NCBI GenBank assembly: GCA_018985225.1 | Contig: JADGIF010000144.1 | Coordinates: forward strand, 1-17,563 | Length of the DNA stretch: 17,563 nucleotides | DNA from: Amoeboradix gromovi X-113 | Lineage: Eukaryota; Fungi; Sanchytriomycota | Reading direction: 5' to 3' | Part shown: positions 1 through 10,369 of the stretch, one piece after another | Position numbering within the stretch: position 1 is the first letter of the stretch | Layout of the letters: each line of letters begins with the position of its first letter | Translations under genes and position numbers: made by a program | Notes under the pieces: model-generated | Database searches by the model: none | Told to the model about the DNA's origin: nothing | Seen by the model: only the letters and a program-made list of their open reading frames with translations

Positions 1-96
1 TGAGAGACCAGGTTGGCAACAAAGGATCACTGATAAAGTAGTTTCGCCTATTGCCTAGGTGAAGAAATATGGGACACTGCTGTGAAAAGTTCAACT
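1..96 (+). ncRNA. Candidate structured 3' end (omegaRNA-like / transposon end) of an element lying left of the window
   Basis: Hairpin 43-50/56-63 (ttcgccta/taggtgaa, one G:U). Its loop TTGCC (51-55) is complementary to GGCAA (15-19), a possible pseudoknot. It is followed by the TATGGGACA motif also seen 3' of the Fanzor2-like remnant at 483-511. Function is inference. Confidence 0.3.
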
Positions 97-156
97 GGGT
101 AAATCTCGTCACTCGCTTTTTACCCCCAGTCTACTTTTTACAGAGAATGTCCCATA
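68..156. repeat. Imperfect inverted repeat (~36-38 bp arms, ~15 bp spacer): MITE-like or two abutting element ends
   Basis: tatgggaca 68-76 pairs with tgtcccata 148-156; ctgtgaaaagt 80-90 with actttttacag 133-143; actgggtaaa 94-103 with tttacccccagt 119-130. TA at both outer ends. Confidence 0.75.
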
Positions 157-223
157 CGGGATATCATATTGAAGTAAATTATTTTAGTGTAAAAGCTTTT
201 CATCCATCAAAATCTTAGAAACA

Positions 224-1459
224 ATGACTAATAAGAACAAGAGAATACAAAAAATAAGTTATACGAAAGGTGGTAAGAAGAAAAGGAATGGAACAGATAA
301 AGAGTATCGCCTAAGAAAATGCACCTTTTGATTAGACATTAAGAGACCTTATTTGAAAGAGATAGTGGTCATCTTGTTTATTTTAAAGAGAGGAATGCCA
401 TTAATAAAGAAAATTGGTTTGAAAGGAATTTTATTAATAATAGTATTTCCTCCTTATGGAGCACCTCCTTTAAAAACGAGTTAGTCTAGTTTTTATATTT
501 GGTGTCCCATATGGCAACTAGCATTAGTGGACCCGTTCCAGTGGTTTCTCTCGCTTCCACTAGCCTGAAGCGGGATTGAATATGGACACATGTAGTTCAA
601 GTTTAGGTTCCTCGCTGCCAATCTAATACATCCGCTTTCAAATGGCAGTTTGAGCATACCTTTGACTCGCAAAGCTGCATAACATTCCACCAATAACTTT
701 CCCTTTTTGACGATAATTTCATTAATATACCGTTGGCGTGAAAGTGAAAAAGACAAAAATAAACAACTCTCAATATCATAGGACTTCTTTTTATTGGTAC
801 TGGTATTTTATCACCAATCAACACTTTGCAGATCTACGACAAGAACCTTTCTTGATTACTTAAATGCATTAGCACCTTATATGAAGCAAATGAATTGGTT
901 TTATAGTCAGAAATGCTTTAAACAGTGGCGATTTAGAAGATTTGGATTAAAACAAAAGATCAAATACACGATGTATAATGAATTGGTGACTGGAGAAAAG
1001 ACATAAACGACTTTCAAACTCAGTGATCAAGAGAGAAAGAAACAGAAATTCAAGAAGGGGAACTTGAAAAGAGCTATTTGTTGGGGAAATGGTGGAAAAG
1101 CACACGTGAAAGGGTGTGATCCGGTTCCTAATAGATTATTGCGTCGTCAATTCTCAAAATGGGGTCAAGTAATCATTGTACCTGAAGAATATACATCCAA
1201 GAAATGTTGTAGATGTAAAAATGATGTGAATAGTAAAGAGTATGGAAAACGATTAAGGTTGAGAAAATGCGAATCATGTGGCTCAATTATGGATCGTGAT
1301 GTTAATGCTAGTTTAAATATTAGAGATTTGTTTATTAGTTATGCAACAACATTCCAAAAGCCTTATTGGCAAAAGTCACTAGCTAGTGACCATCGTCCTT
1401 CAAAAGATGATATCAATATAGTAGGAGTTCCTCCTCTCAATGGGGAGATGGAACTGTGA
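224..1459 (+). pseudogene. Fanzor1-type (TnpB-derived RuvC) nuclease pseudogene, internally deleted and interrupted
   Basis: ORFs 794-1006 and 1064-1459 are in one frame, split by a single TAA (1004-1006). Motifs: FLDYL..WFY..FKQWRFRRFGLKQK, ICWGNGG..KG..PVPNRLLRR, RuvC-II PEEYTSKKCCRC, CESC, RuvC-III DRDVNASLNI, KPYWQ. A basic N-terminal fragment starts at ATG 224 (MTNKNKR..EYRLRKCTF*). No RuvC-I DPG motif found. Confidence 0.88.
483..720 (-). pseudogene. Fanzor2/TnpB-like C-terminal remnant plus 3' non-coding end, nested antisense inside the Fanzor1 pseudogene
   Basis: Minus strand SKVCSNCHLKAD, frameshift, RLAARNLNLNYM: a decayed CxxC..DRDxxAARN motif. 570-620 aligns ungapped with 9784-9834 at 39/51 nt (hand count). 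Boundaries approximate. Confidence 0.7.
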
Positions 1460-1532
1460 ATACTTTATATAAGAGCAAGTAACTGTTAATTCAAATAAAA
1501 TCGATGGCTGCGACACGCAACGTCTTTTTGAA
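1375..1532 (+). ncRNA. Candidate omegaRNA / right end of the first Fanzor1 element
   Basis: Serial stems start right after the KPYWQK codons: perfect 16-nt palindrome gtcactagctagtgac 1375-1390, atcgtc/gatgat, agttcc 1426-1431/ggaact 1450-1455, and gatg..tgcg-aca-cgca..cgtc 1503-1524 enclosed by ttcaaa/tttgaa. Position matches known TnpB/Fanzor omegaRNAs that overlap or follow the ORF 3' end. Confidence 0.5.
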
Positions 1533-1890
1533 CTCATCAATATTAAATTAATTTGTTCATATCTCAATGAATACTTTTTGTTATATAGAATTAAAAATAA
1601 ACTAATAAATATCCATCTTGTTTTGAGAGTGAGAAAGTCAAAGAATCAATTGAATCGAATGCCATTAGAACATGGTACGAATGTTGATTTTCCTGTGTGA
1701 ACGACCCAGAATGGAAAAAGTGGTAGAAAGTTATTGTAGCACCTACAAGAACCTGAATGGCAAGATATGAACTTTGATGCTACGATTCCTTTGGGACACC
1801 CATTATTACATCAATAAAAACCTTTATTTCATGGAATGGGGTCAGTTTCTGATTGCACGTCTCTGCGGTTCCTTCTAACAAGGATCTTCT

Positions 1891-3687
1891 ATGCTCTATG
1901 AGAAAAAAGAGATTATGCAAAAAATAAAAGCTGATTCATTTTCGGAAATTCAAGCTGAAAACTATCATCCTGGACTACTGGTGCTTGTGCTAGTTCCCTA
2001 CATTGAAAATCTCCCAACTTATAAAGGTCTGAAATTGTTAACTATTTTATTGAAATGCATCCAAAAGCACAAGTTCGAGGACATAGTTTTAGAGGGTTAC
2101 AACGACACAATAATTACTTATCTTATAACTCTCCCTGAGAGGCTCTCCATGGAATGGGAAGATGAAAATTATTATATCTACATTTTTGATAAAATTAACA
2201 ATAGGCTTGCTTTAAATCGCTTTATAAAACGCGGAAAACTGGAATTACTTGTACTTCATGACAGGGTTAATGTTGAATGGATCGATCCTATCAATAAGCA
2301 ATGCTGCGTTGATATGATGTTGAAGTTAAATTACAAATTAGATGAACTACCCAAAGACCCATTTATGGTGAAATGTCTAATGGCTAGATGTAAAGGTATG
2401 TCTAGTTTAGATATATCTTACAGAATCTCTTCAATACTGCCTGAACTGCAACAAGAGCAACTAAAGTCTCTTTTTCAGGAGTATTTACATTACCATACTG
2501 ATTCAAAAGTATTGTCCGATATGACAGATGAGCAAATCGATTGCTTCATAGTCGTGGGTAACTCATTTCATAAAGTTGCAACTTGTAATTTTGTTTGGAT
2601 ATCCTCCTTTATGTCTGCTGCAATGGATCAGCTAGATTCTACTAAAAGCTATAAAATTCAACATTTAATTAATATATGGTACATCAACGAGAGCAATAAG
2701 CCCAATTTTAAAGTTCCGATTGATATATCAAACAAAGTAAACGAGTTATTGCATCTGCCACTGAAACCAAACAAGTTAACCAAAAGACCACCATTGCAGC
2801 TAGCTAAAGGATGGAGCCCAGCCAATGAGCTGCAAAAGGTTTTGGCAGATCATAAAACAATTTCAGATCGGCCTAGGGATTCTGATGATGATTCTAATTT
2901 TGATGATGAGGAACTGAATGAAACAGACTATTTGGAAATACAACCCAGTAACAAGTTGAAAAAACCTGCATTTATACGTCAGATAATGGAGTACCTGAAT
3001 GATTCAGAAGACTCTTTTAAATTGCAATCCGCTTATAACAATATTTTAGATATTATTAACAATTCTGATTGTGCGGATCTGAAAGAGGTGTTGCCTCGGC
3101 TTATTGAGTTATTGGTCAAGGCAAATAACAGTGGCCACTTGCAGTCCTTTGAAAATATACATTTAGCACTCGAGGCTTTAGTTGTAAAATATCCCGACTT
3201 GGCATGTAATGTACTGTACAAACTTCTGTGCAACAGTAACATTTCTGAAAAGGCAAGAATAATAGATGCAATGGTTGTAAGCAGCAAGAAACTCAAAGAA
3301 GATAACAACTACTCAAAACATGCAATAACATTCATTCTGACCTTGCTGAATTCTTTTGAATTAAAAAACGACCTCATAGTGATTAAAAGATATGCGCTAG
3401 CTGTACAGACATTGGTACTCTTCAGTAAAGATGCCTACATGTTAGGAATTATAATTGTTGAAGCAATTAATTTTTACGTTAAACTGTGCAACTACGACCA
3501 AAACGACATTAAAAAAATTTGCATTAAAGGCGTAGATTCCTGCTTCCAGATTGTTCTGCATAGTAGAATCAATATGGAAACTTTGATAAAAGAATTGCCG
3601 ATAGCAGAATTGATTGAGTTTGGTAAGATAGTGCCAGAAAAATCATTAACAAGAGAAATGCTAAATTTAATAACTTCTGAAGATTAA
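1891..3687 (+). CDS. TEL2: Tel2/TELO2 (TTT complex subunit), divergent
   Basis: 598-aa helical ORF with acidic DSDDDS loop followed by KKPAFIRQIMEYL...L.EV...L...L...NN....F....AL.ALVV..P, typical of the Telomere_reg-2 domain. Start codon not verified. Confidence 0.8.
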   Translation: MLYEKKEIMQKIKADSFSEIQAENYHPGLLVLVLVPYIENLPTYKGLKLLTILLKCIQKHKFEDIVLEGYNDTIITYLITLPERLSMEWEDENYYIYIFDKINNRLALNRFIKRGKLELLVLHDRVNVEWIDPINKQCCVDMMLKLNYKLDELPKDPFMVKCLMARCKGMSSLDISYRISSILPELQQEQLKSLFQEYLHYHTDSKVLSDMTDEQIDCFIVVGNSFHKVATCNFVWISSFMSAAMDQLDSTKSYKIQHLINIWYINESNKPNFKVPIDISNKVNELLHLPLKPNKLTKRPPLQLAKGWSPANELQKVLADHKTISDRPRDSDDDSNFDDEELNETDYLEIQPSNKLKKPAFIRQIMEYLNDSEDSFKLQSAYNNILDIINNSDCADLKEVLPRLIELLVKANNSGHLQSFENIHLALEALVVKYPDLACNVLYKLLCNSNISEKARIIDAMVVSSKKLKEDNNYSKHAITFILTLLNSFELKNDLIVIKRYALAVQTLVLFSKDAYMLGIIIVEAINFYVKLCNYDQNDIKKICIKGVDSCFQIVLHSRINMETLIKELPIAELIEFGKIVPEKSLTREMLNLITSED

Positions 3688-3737
3688 TAAATCAGTCTTA
3701 AATGAATTTTAATACTATTTTTTAAAACAGTAAAAAT

Positions 3738-5074
3738 ATGAGTTGGGATGACCAATGGGACGAGATTGAAGAATCCACCCAAATGAATGAGAGCATTACA
3801 CAAATTGAGCCGGTTGCAGCGCCGAATAGACTCGACCGACCCGTAGGGAATGATGACAAAAAATTTCCCTTGGCGGAGGATCATGAAATATCTGGACAAC
3901 CAGCATCAATTAGTACTGCGCAGAAAGACAATCGAGACATACCGGAACAGAGCGTGCACCCATTAAACCAAGAGTTACAGAAACCAGATCACCCAAAATA
4001 CCAGCAGCCTCAAAAGGCACCACAGCAAGAGGATAACTGGTCCTTTTGGTCTAGCGTTTCCGCAATAACCGCCCAGATAAAACATGCAGCCGAAGAAACT
4101 ATTGACAATGCTTATGCTCAATTGGATCCCGAGTACAACCAAGGTCAGGTCAAAGATACTATTCCATTGGATGAAGATAAAGCGAAACCTTCTTCAAACG
4201 ATGCCCCACTCAACTCTCCAAGTGAATCTCAGAAATCCACAAATTTGTTCGAGACTAAAGATCTTATGAAGACAACCGAAAATGTCCTGAATATAGTTGA
4301 CAAGGGATTTGATTACGCTAGTGAGTTTTTAGGAAACACACTTTATAAGGGCTATGAGACAGGTAAGCAATTTGGCACTTCATTAGCAAAATCTCCGCCG
4401 ATGCAATCTGCTTCTGAGTCTACGTTTGAAGTAAAGAAATCAGTCTCTCAAATTTCTTCTAAACTTGTAGATGTGTCACTTGACGCACTTGAGGGCATAG
4501 GCAAGAACATATATGATATTGCGCCTCGGACAAGTAAATCTCCGAATAAAACTGCGTCACCTGCTAAACCGCTCCAATACACCGATTTTGACTCTTACTT
4601 TCATGAAATAACTGGCAAAGCTCAAGTGGATGCTCTAGCTGTCATTTCATCGAATCGCCTTGCTGTTTTAAATTGGGACGTGGATGAATTATTAGAAGCT
4701 GCTTTGGATGATGATGAAATCAGTAGTGATAGCCTAAACTCCATAAAAGGTAAAAAGCTTCTGGAGTATGGCATCTATAACTCAGAAACCGAGTACTTGA
4801 TGTTTTTGTGTGAATCAACAGGTGTTTTTTTATTAATTTAGAAATTATCTGCTTTAATCTCAGGAATATTGGCCAATCTTGGAGCAATAATGACTTTTCA
4901 TTATCTGATATAGTCGTTAAAGAATACATAATAAACAGTATCCGACTTTTGCTGATGTTTAGTATAAGGTACGCTACTGCTGAAAATGAGAAGCATATTA
5001 ACGAACAGACAGGGATTGCCATTAATTATGTTCAGCAATGTGCTATGCTACTAACTAAACTCTATAAGCAATAA
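3738..5074 (+). CDS. FAM114A/Noxp20 (DUF719)-like protein; join(3738..4821,4842..5074), 438 aa
   Basis: Disordered N-terminus, WSFWSSVSA motif, SLDALEGIGK, FDSYFHE..GKAQVDAL. Removing a 20-nt intron extends the frame to GIAINYVQQCAMLL, which resembles the family C-terminus. Confidence 0.65.
4822..4841 (+). other. 20-nt spliceosomal intron
   Basis: GTGTTTTTTTATTAATTTAG; contains the in-frame stop. Removal (phase 1) opens an exon running to the stop at 5072-5074. Confidence 0.75.
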
Positions 5075-5108
5075 TAAAGAGCCATTACAATTAATCACCA
5101 ATTTATTG

Positions 5109-8100
5109 TTATTCTTCTAGTTCGTCTTCATCTTCATATGTATTAAAGACACTCAAAAGATCACTCAAGTCACTCAGATATCCAACCTCCCCGATTATAC
5201 TTAGTAAGACTGGCAGTACTATGAAAGCTAAGTTAGTTTAAACTACCAGCAAAAACCACTACAACTACAAACAAGAAGTAAAAGATAAAATAATACTTCT
5301 GAAATACTATACTACTAGCTAAACTAAGAGCCATTACTCCAACGAATTTCGTAGCAGCTATTCCAGTTAATATTGTGTTGCCTACATCGACATAACAATT
5401 AACAATTCTATTCTCTATAGAGCCTTGATTTTTGAGATATTTAATCATCAAATGGCTGGTAAACTCGAACGTGATACCCATGCTCATTATTAAGTTGGCG
5501 GCTAGTAGAGAATTTAATTCCAATCCTAATAAATGGCTAAAATTCATTACGCAGCTAGATACCATTATTTGCAACACAACAATAATTAGACCGCTTTTCA
5601 GACTACCCAGCAACAGAATGCTAATAAATAATGTCAATAAAACCACGAGTAACATGACATAAGTCAATCTCCACTTTAATCCCAAATATTGCTCAAAGAA
5701 TACGTGAAAAGGACTATAGATACCAACATCAAACGGTAGCTTACTACTGAGATACCTGTTAATGTCCTCGTCTAATTGCAGTGCCTGGATGAACTCGTAC
5801 TGGCTGCTTATACTTTCATGCCACGTCCTGTACGATATACTGACTGGACTGTTGTCGTCATCATAATCTCTGATATTCACATCATTCTGGTATGCCTGCC
5901 CACTGTTCAAGCAGGTATCACCAGTAGAACTGTTTAACCATAATCTTAAAAAAGGAACGTAGTCTTTATCATGTATGGGCACATGCTTATTAAAACATGG
6001 GACACAGTCGCCAAAGAAAGTATCTGGCTTACACAATTCATCTCTGGTTGGCAAATGATAGCCTCGATCCATGTCCTCCTTGCTCCCTGCATGTCCACCA
6101 CAGCATCCAAGCTCAGGATCTAACCAGCTCATAAAATCATCTATAGGTGCTGTTGTAGAGCTTTTGGTGGCAACTGAAAGCAAACTGACCATGTTGTTCT
6201 CCTTACATATTGGTGATCTGCCACAGAGATATAAAATGCTATCACTATTCAACTTTACATCGTAGCCGGTATAGTACACAGGAGCACCGATGACCAGCTT
6301 GTCTATATAATGGTAGTAGTCTTTTAAATAGCTGTTAGAAGGCAATACGTCAACTTGGTTCAATCCCATTGGAATAGTCATCTGCAGGGTAACTGATACC
6401 ACCAGAAGTAGAGCTATAAAGTACTTAATTACCTTGGAATGTTTTAACAGAATGATAACAAGCTTTCCCATCACAGTGCTACTCGGATCTACAGGAGTAT
6501 TCTCCTCCGGTATGGTGTAAACATTGCTTGGCTTATCAAGCGTAAATACAGCAGGAAGGAAAATTAGCTGTGCTATCATGTTTATGATCAATGCGACACT
6601 GGCATACAAACAAAAAACAGTGATTGCAGGGGTGTCCATCAACATGGCTAACAGAAACGATACACTCTCTAACAATGTAGTGGTTATAATACTTGGCCCT
6701 ATAGATGACATTATAGATGACCATTCCATTGGTATATTATCAGTAAAAGGTTGGTTTTGTGAAGTATTCATATTGGTGTAATTAATGCGCTGTTTGTTAA
6801 TCAAAAACAGATTGTCAACTCCTATTGCTAATATAAGAAATGGCAACACCTCCAGTAATATAAAAGATGGCTTGATGCCCATGATGTGCATAATTATAAA
6901 GGTAGTAGTAAGTGAGCTTGTAATTAGCATTAAACCTAGCAGAACAATATACCATGAATATCTGATTCTGTTTAAAACGTTACCAACTGCGCTGCTGCCG
7001 GTTACTGTTGTTGTATTTAGAGTAAACAAGATGTAAATAAACATACAGATATAGCTTATAAAGATAGCTATGAAGTCCATACTTGTAGCTTTGTTCACCT
7101 CCAATTCAATAGATGACTCAACTGAATAGATTAATGGTGTATCCATGCTAATGTTAGCAAACAAAGTTAATAACTTGAGCTCGAATTTTTCACTTATGGT
7201 AGGAATATGTCTCATTGGAATTGTTACAAGCAGCCCACGACTATCAAATAATGAGTCCTTCTTGTAGTCAGCCAGTACCATGGATGGCTGCAATGGCTGC
7301 AGAAACAGAGGCAAGCATTTAATGTCAGTAGGATGGAGTAGGCAAGATAAAGTAGAATTCCATTGAATCGAATTCACTTTGTCTAGCTGATTGTGATAGT
7401 AACCATATATAGAATAAATCACACAATTACTGTTGATTTCCAAACATAGATCATTAAAATGCCAAGTTTTGTTGTCAACTTCAACAGTCATAGATGAGAT
7501 GGTTTCAACCAGTTCTGCAATCTTTATGACATTATCATGGGTTATAACGCTGTCTTTAGATGTTAAAATAGCTTGCTGAATACGATAGAATCTGCCAAAA
7601 GTAGAATCAAATTTAGATTTGCTAATTCGAGAGTTGGAAGACGGACTGGACCATAAAAGTACAGGGTCAGTCTCGAATTTTATGGTAACCAAGGAGATAA
7701 TGATGGACAACAAGATAAAGTATAAAGCCATAACGAAAAGCAGCTTTCGTCTGTACAATGTGGAATAAAATCCAATATTACCAGAGAGTCTACTTAGATA
7801 ATACCATGCTGGGGTGCTGATATTAGCATTATATACTACACTAGTAGAGGGGGTACTAGTGTGGTGAAGACTCTTATTGCTACTAATTAGATCATCCTCG
7901 TTGTAGTCATCTGCGGTAGAAAGTAAGGGAGTTTGGAAGGATCTGCGCCTTTTAAACAGCTTAAACAAAGCATACAGAAAAAACAAAAGGACGCTAGTCG
8001 AAATGACAGATATCATCCAAATTTGATTAAAAAGTGGAATGTTGGTATACTGAATATCAGAGATGTCGGGGCAAACATCAGGGCAGTCTAAGCATGGGCA

Positions 8101-8691
8101 TTTATAAGTGGGATCATTGCACGGGACAACAGTAGAATTAAGACCCGTAGAAATGTTCACAGGTACAAAAGTAAATGGTGAACCCATTGGTCGCTTTGTA
8201 CCCAGAAATTTAGCCAAATCAACCCAATCCTTCGCTGCTCCCCCAATGAAATCTAGTACGTTAGTACCACTTGCGCTTAATTTGACATCTTTGCATGAAT
8301 TGTAAAGTCCTTCTCCAAACTGGTTGTTAATGGACAAATTGGCTGCAACCACAATTTTACCATTTTTGCCTTCACCTGTTTCTGTAATGTTAAATATTGC
8401 TTGATCGCCACATGTAATCTCACAGAATAAAGTTTTGAAATTCTGGACGCAAGCTGGACAATTACCAGCAAAAAGATTCACTATTTTAAAATTTCTTTTT
8501 AGATCATCAAATTGGTTAGATGTGCAGCAAACTGCTTCAGAATTGAAAGTGGAAGGGCAAAATTCCATAATCTCGGCTTTTAGCTCGTCTTTTGGTATAT
8601 CAGGAGTAGTGTCGTTTGCACAGGGAATACCTTTGGATAGGAAGGGTCCACAATATCCTTTCATCTTACATAATCTTGGAGCTGCGGCCAT
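5109..8691 (-). CDS. NPC1: Niemann-Pick C1 / Ncr1 sterol transporter; complement(join(5109..5227,5247..8691)), 1187 aa
   Basis: Cys-rich NTD (CPACVQNFKTLFCEITC, CPCLDCPDVC), ETDPVLLWS, FYRIQQ, sterol-sensing domain EVLPFLILAIGVDNLF, YSPFHVFFEQY, EFTSH. Splicing restores the terminal LPVLLSIIG motif. Confidence 0.96.
5228..5246 (-). other. 19-nt spliceosomal intron
   Basis: GTAGTTTAAACTAACTTAG with branch-point-like CTAAC next to the AG. Removal restores ..VFAAFIVLPVLLSIIG. Confidence 0.9.
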
Positions 8692-9356
8692 TCAAAATAA
8701 TTTGTAATAAAACCTCCTTTTCATTTGATTTGCCAGGAAAAAATAAAAGTATCAATAAGTGAGACAAAATTACTGACCAGGCATTTGCAACTATAGGTCT
8801 CGTAGAATTGAGAATAGCGAATTTGTTTTATGCTGCTTGTTACACTTGTAGGTCTACTAGGCTATGTAGTTAGCTCATTCTTGATCTTTAAGGATTCTCG
8901 TGGCTAGCTAAACTTGTGCAAAAAAGAGCATCAGTTCTAGTAACAGTCGCACTACCATATTTGGAGTTTTATAAAAGGAAACAGCAAAAAGGAAATTGTG
9001 CTAATTATTAATCTACAAAGAATAAGAGAGTAAAGTCAGTTATATGCGGATTTACTAAACTATTTCAATTACGCCCGCTCAGCCCCAAAGGGTAACAATA
9101 ACAATTAGGCAATCTTCAAGCCATAGAATGCCAGCTAACAACTGGCAAAGTGCATGAATGGTAGAGAAAAATAATAGTGCTATTCCTAGGTTTTTAGCTG
9201 GGTTCCTCTGTAAAAGCCACTTGATTATAGTCTTAAAAATATTGCCCAATAGTGTGCTTCAATACATTCCATGGTGGCGCAAAAAAGAGTGCGATGCCGA
9301 TTCTAAAATTCTAATAAGAACTGTGGAGGCAAAGTTCTCCTTGCAGTGCACCCCTA

Positions 9357-9656
9357 ATGATACCTGGTTTGAATGTAGATGCGGAGCGCAAGCCATTCGA
9401 ACATTTCAATTTCCCCGAGGAATTGGCAACAGTGGATACTAACAATTGGAAATTCACTTATAGCACCAACGATTTGAAAATAGTGCAATTTACTAATGTT
9501 CCACAGTTCACAAAGGATCAAGATGAGTTGATTCGAAAATTTGCAAAAGAATCTCATCCTAAGACAACAAAAGACTGGGAGAAACTATCTAAATCGATAA
9601 ATAAGACAGCCGTAGCTTGTAGATTTAGGTATTATGGTCCACTGAATGGTAAATAA
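9357..9656 (+). CDS. Small single-repeat Myb/SANT-like DNA-binding domain protein
   Basis: FTKDQDELIRKF...DWEKLSKSINKTAVACRFRYY matches the Myb repeat pattern. AATAAA overlaps the stop. 5' end uncertain. Confidence 0.65.
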   Translation: MIPGLNVDAERKPFEHFNFPEELATVDTNNWKFTYSTNDLKIVQFTNVPQFTKDQDELIRKFAKESHPKTTKDWEKLSKSINKTAVACRFRYYGPLNGK

Positions 9657-9659
9657 ATG

Positions 9660-9792
9660 TGATTAACACGATCAAAGCAGTCTTTGAACATAATAGAATT
9701 CTGAACATAAAGGTTGTGACTAATAACCTGGTTTACAAGAACACCGCAGGGAAACCGTTGATGCCTACGCTCCACATCTTTAGGCGGGATTA
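9660..9792 (-). ncRNA. Candidate omegaRNA of the Fanzor2-like remnant
   Basis: GC-richer tract 3' of RuvC-III, starting with AATCCCGC, which is shared with the other Fanzor2-like copy. Both copies carry a CGC..GCG hairpin in the same position. 3' boundary unknown. Confidence 0.4.
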
Positions 9793-10120
9793 AATAGAGG
9801 TGCATGTACTTCAAGTATATGTTCATTGCCGCCACGCGATCTCTATCTGGATCCAAAAGACAGTTTCTATATGTGGATATATCCAAGTTCTTTTCTTTCT
9901 AGCGCCACACCTTGTACACGTTTGACTCGTAAATGCTTCTTTAGAGCTCACTGATGTCTTTCTCTTTTCTTTAAACGATGACTTTGTTTCTAGACCATTT
10001 ATGAATATAGAAGACTGCATTTTACATCGCCTGGTGATGTCTTTATGTACGACATATTCTGGCTGTGATTATTTTGAGCCATCTGCAACAGATGAAAAGA
10101 AGACTATCGAGTTTATGCAG
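9784..10120 (-). pseudogene. Fanzor2/TnpB-like C-terminal remnant
   Basis: RuvC-II/Zn motif EAFTSQTCTRCG (9939-9904), frameshift, then NCLLDPDRDRVAAMNIYLKYM (RuvC-III DRD 9847-9839). Upstream decayed DSLLFICCRWL and QPEYVV..FINGLETK segments. The short TSxxCxxCG-to-DRD spacing is TnpB/Fanzor2-like. Confidence 0.85.
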
Positions 10121-10369
10121 TTATAACACTCCAGAGAGATAGCTAATTGAGCTAAATAGCTAATGTAATCACGATAAATGGTTTATGGAATTAAAATCTA
10201 GAGTTGTAACACCTGTGAAGAGCTTGAATGGTAGAAGTCATTACGCAGTAATTCCTTTGAGACTCACATTTTCCGCATTGATAGAAACTACTATCTGTGT
10301 TACAGATTCATATCTGATTGTATTTCTCAAATTTTATCATAATAAATTCTTTTCTAGGAGCTCAAACTC

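Noticed and set aside
454-496. Short matches (ttatggagca; ctagtttttat) to the 11215 element end, as a possible TIR
   Set aside because: The two pieces are in the wrong order, are short and AT-rich, and are explained by Fanzor1 coding remnant and the separate TATGGGACA end motif.
1004-1006. In-frame TAA in the Fanzor1 as evidence for TAA/TAG reassignment to Gln
   Set aside because: Host genes end at TAA/TAG next to AATAAA and their long ORFs contain no internal TAA/TAG. The element is otherwise decayed, so a nonsense mutation is simpler.
1560-1890. Small gene or extra TEL2 exons
   Set aside because: All frames are interrupted and only speculative splicing gives a very short peptide.
3033-8707. 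Short ORFs antisense to or overlapping TEL2, FAM114-like and NPC1
   Set aside because: Shadow frames of well-supported genes. The same applies to those inside the F-box, GT69 and kinase genes.
8692-8800. Upstream signal-peptide exon for NPC1 (WSVILSHLLILLFF, minus strand)
   Set aside because: NPC1 lacks an obvious signal peptide, but no simple GT-AG intron was found that joins this frame correctly. Left unresolved.
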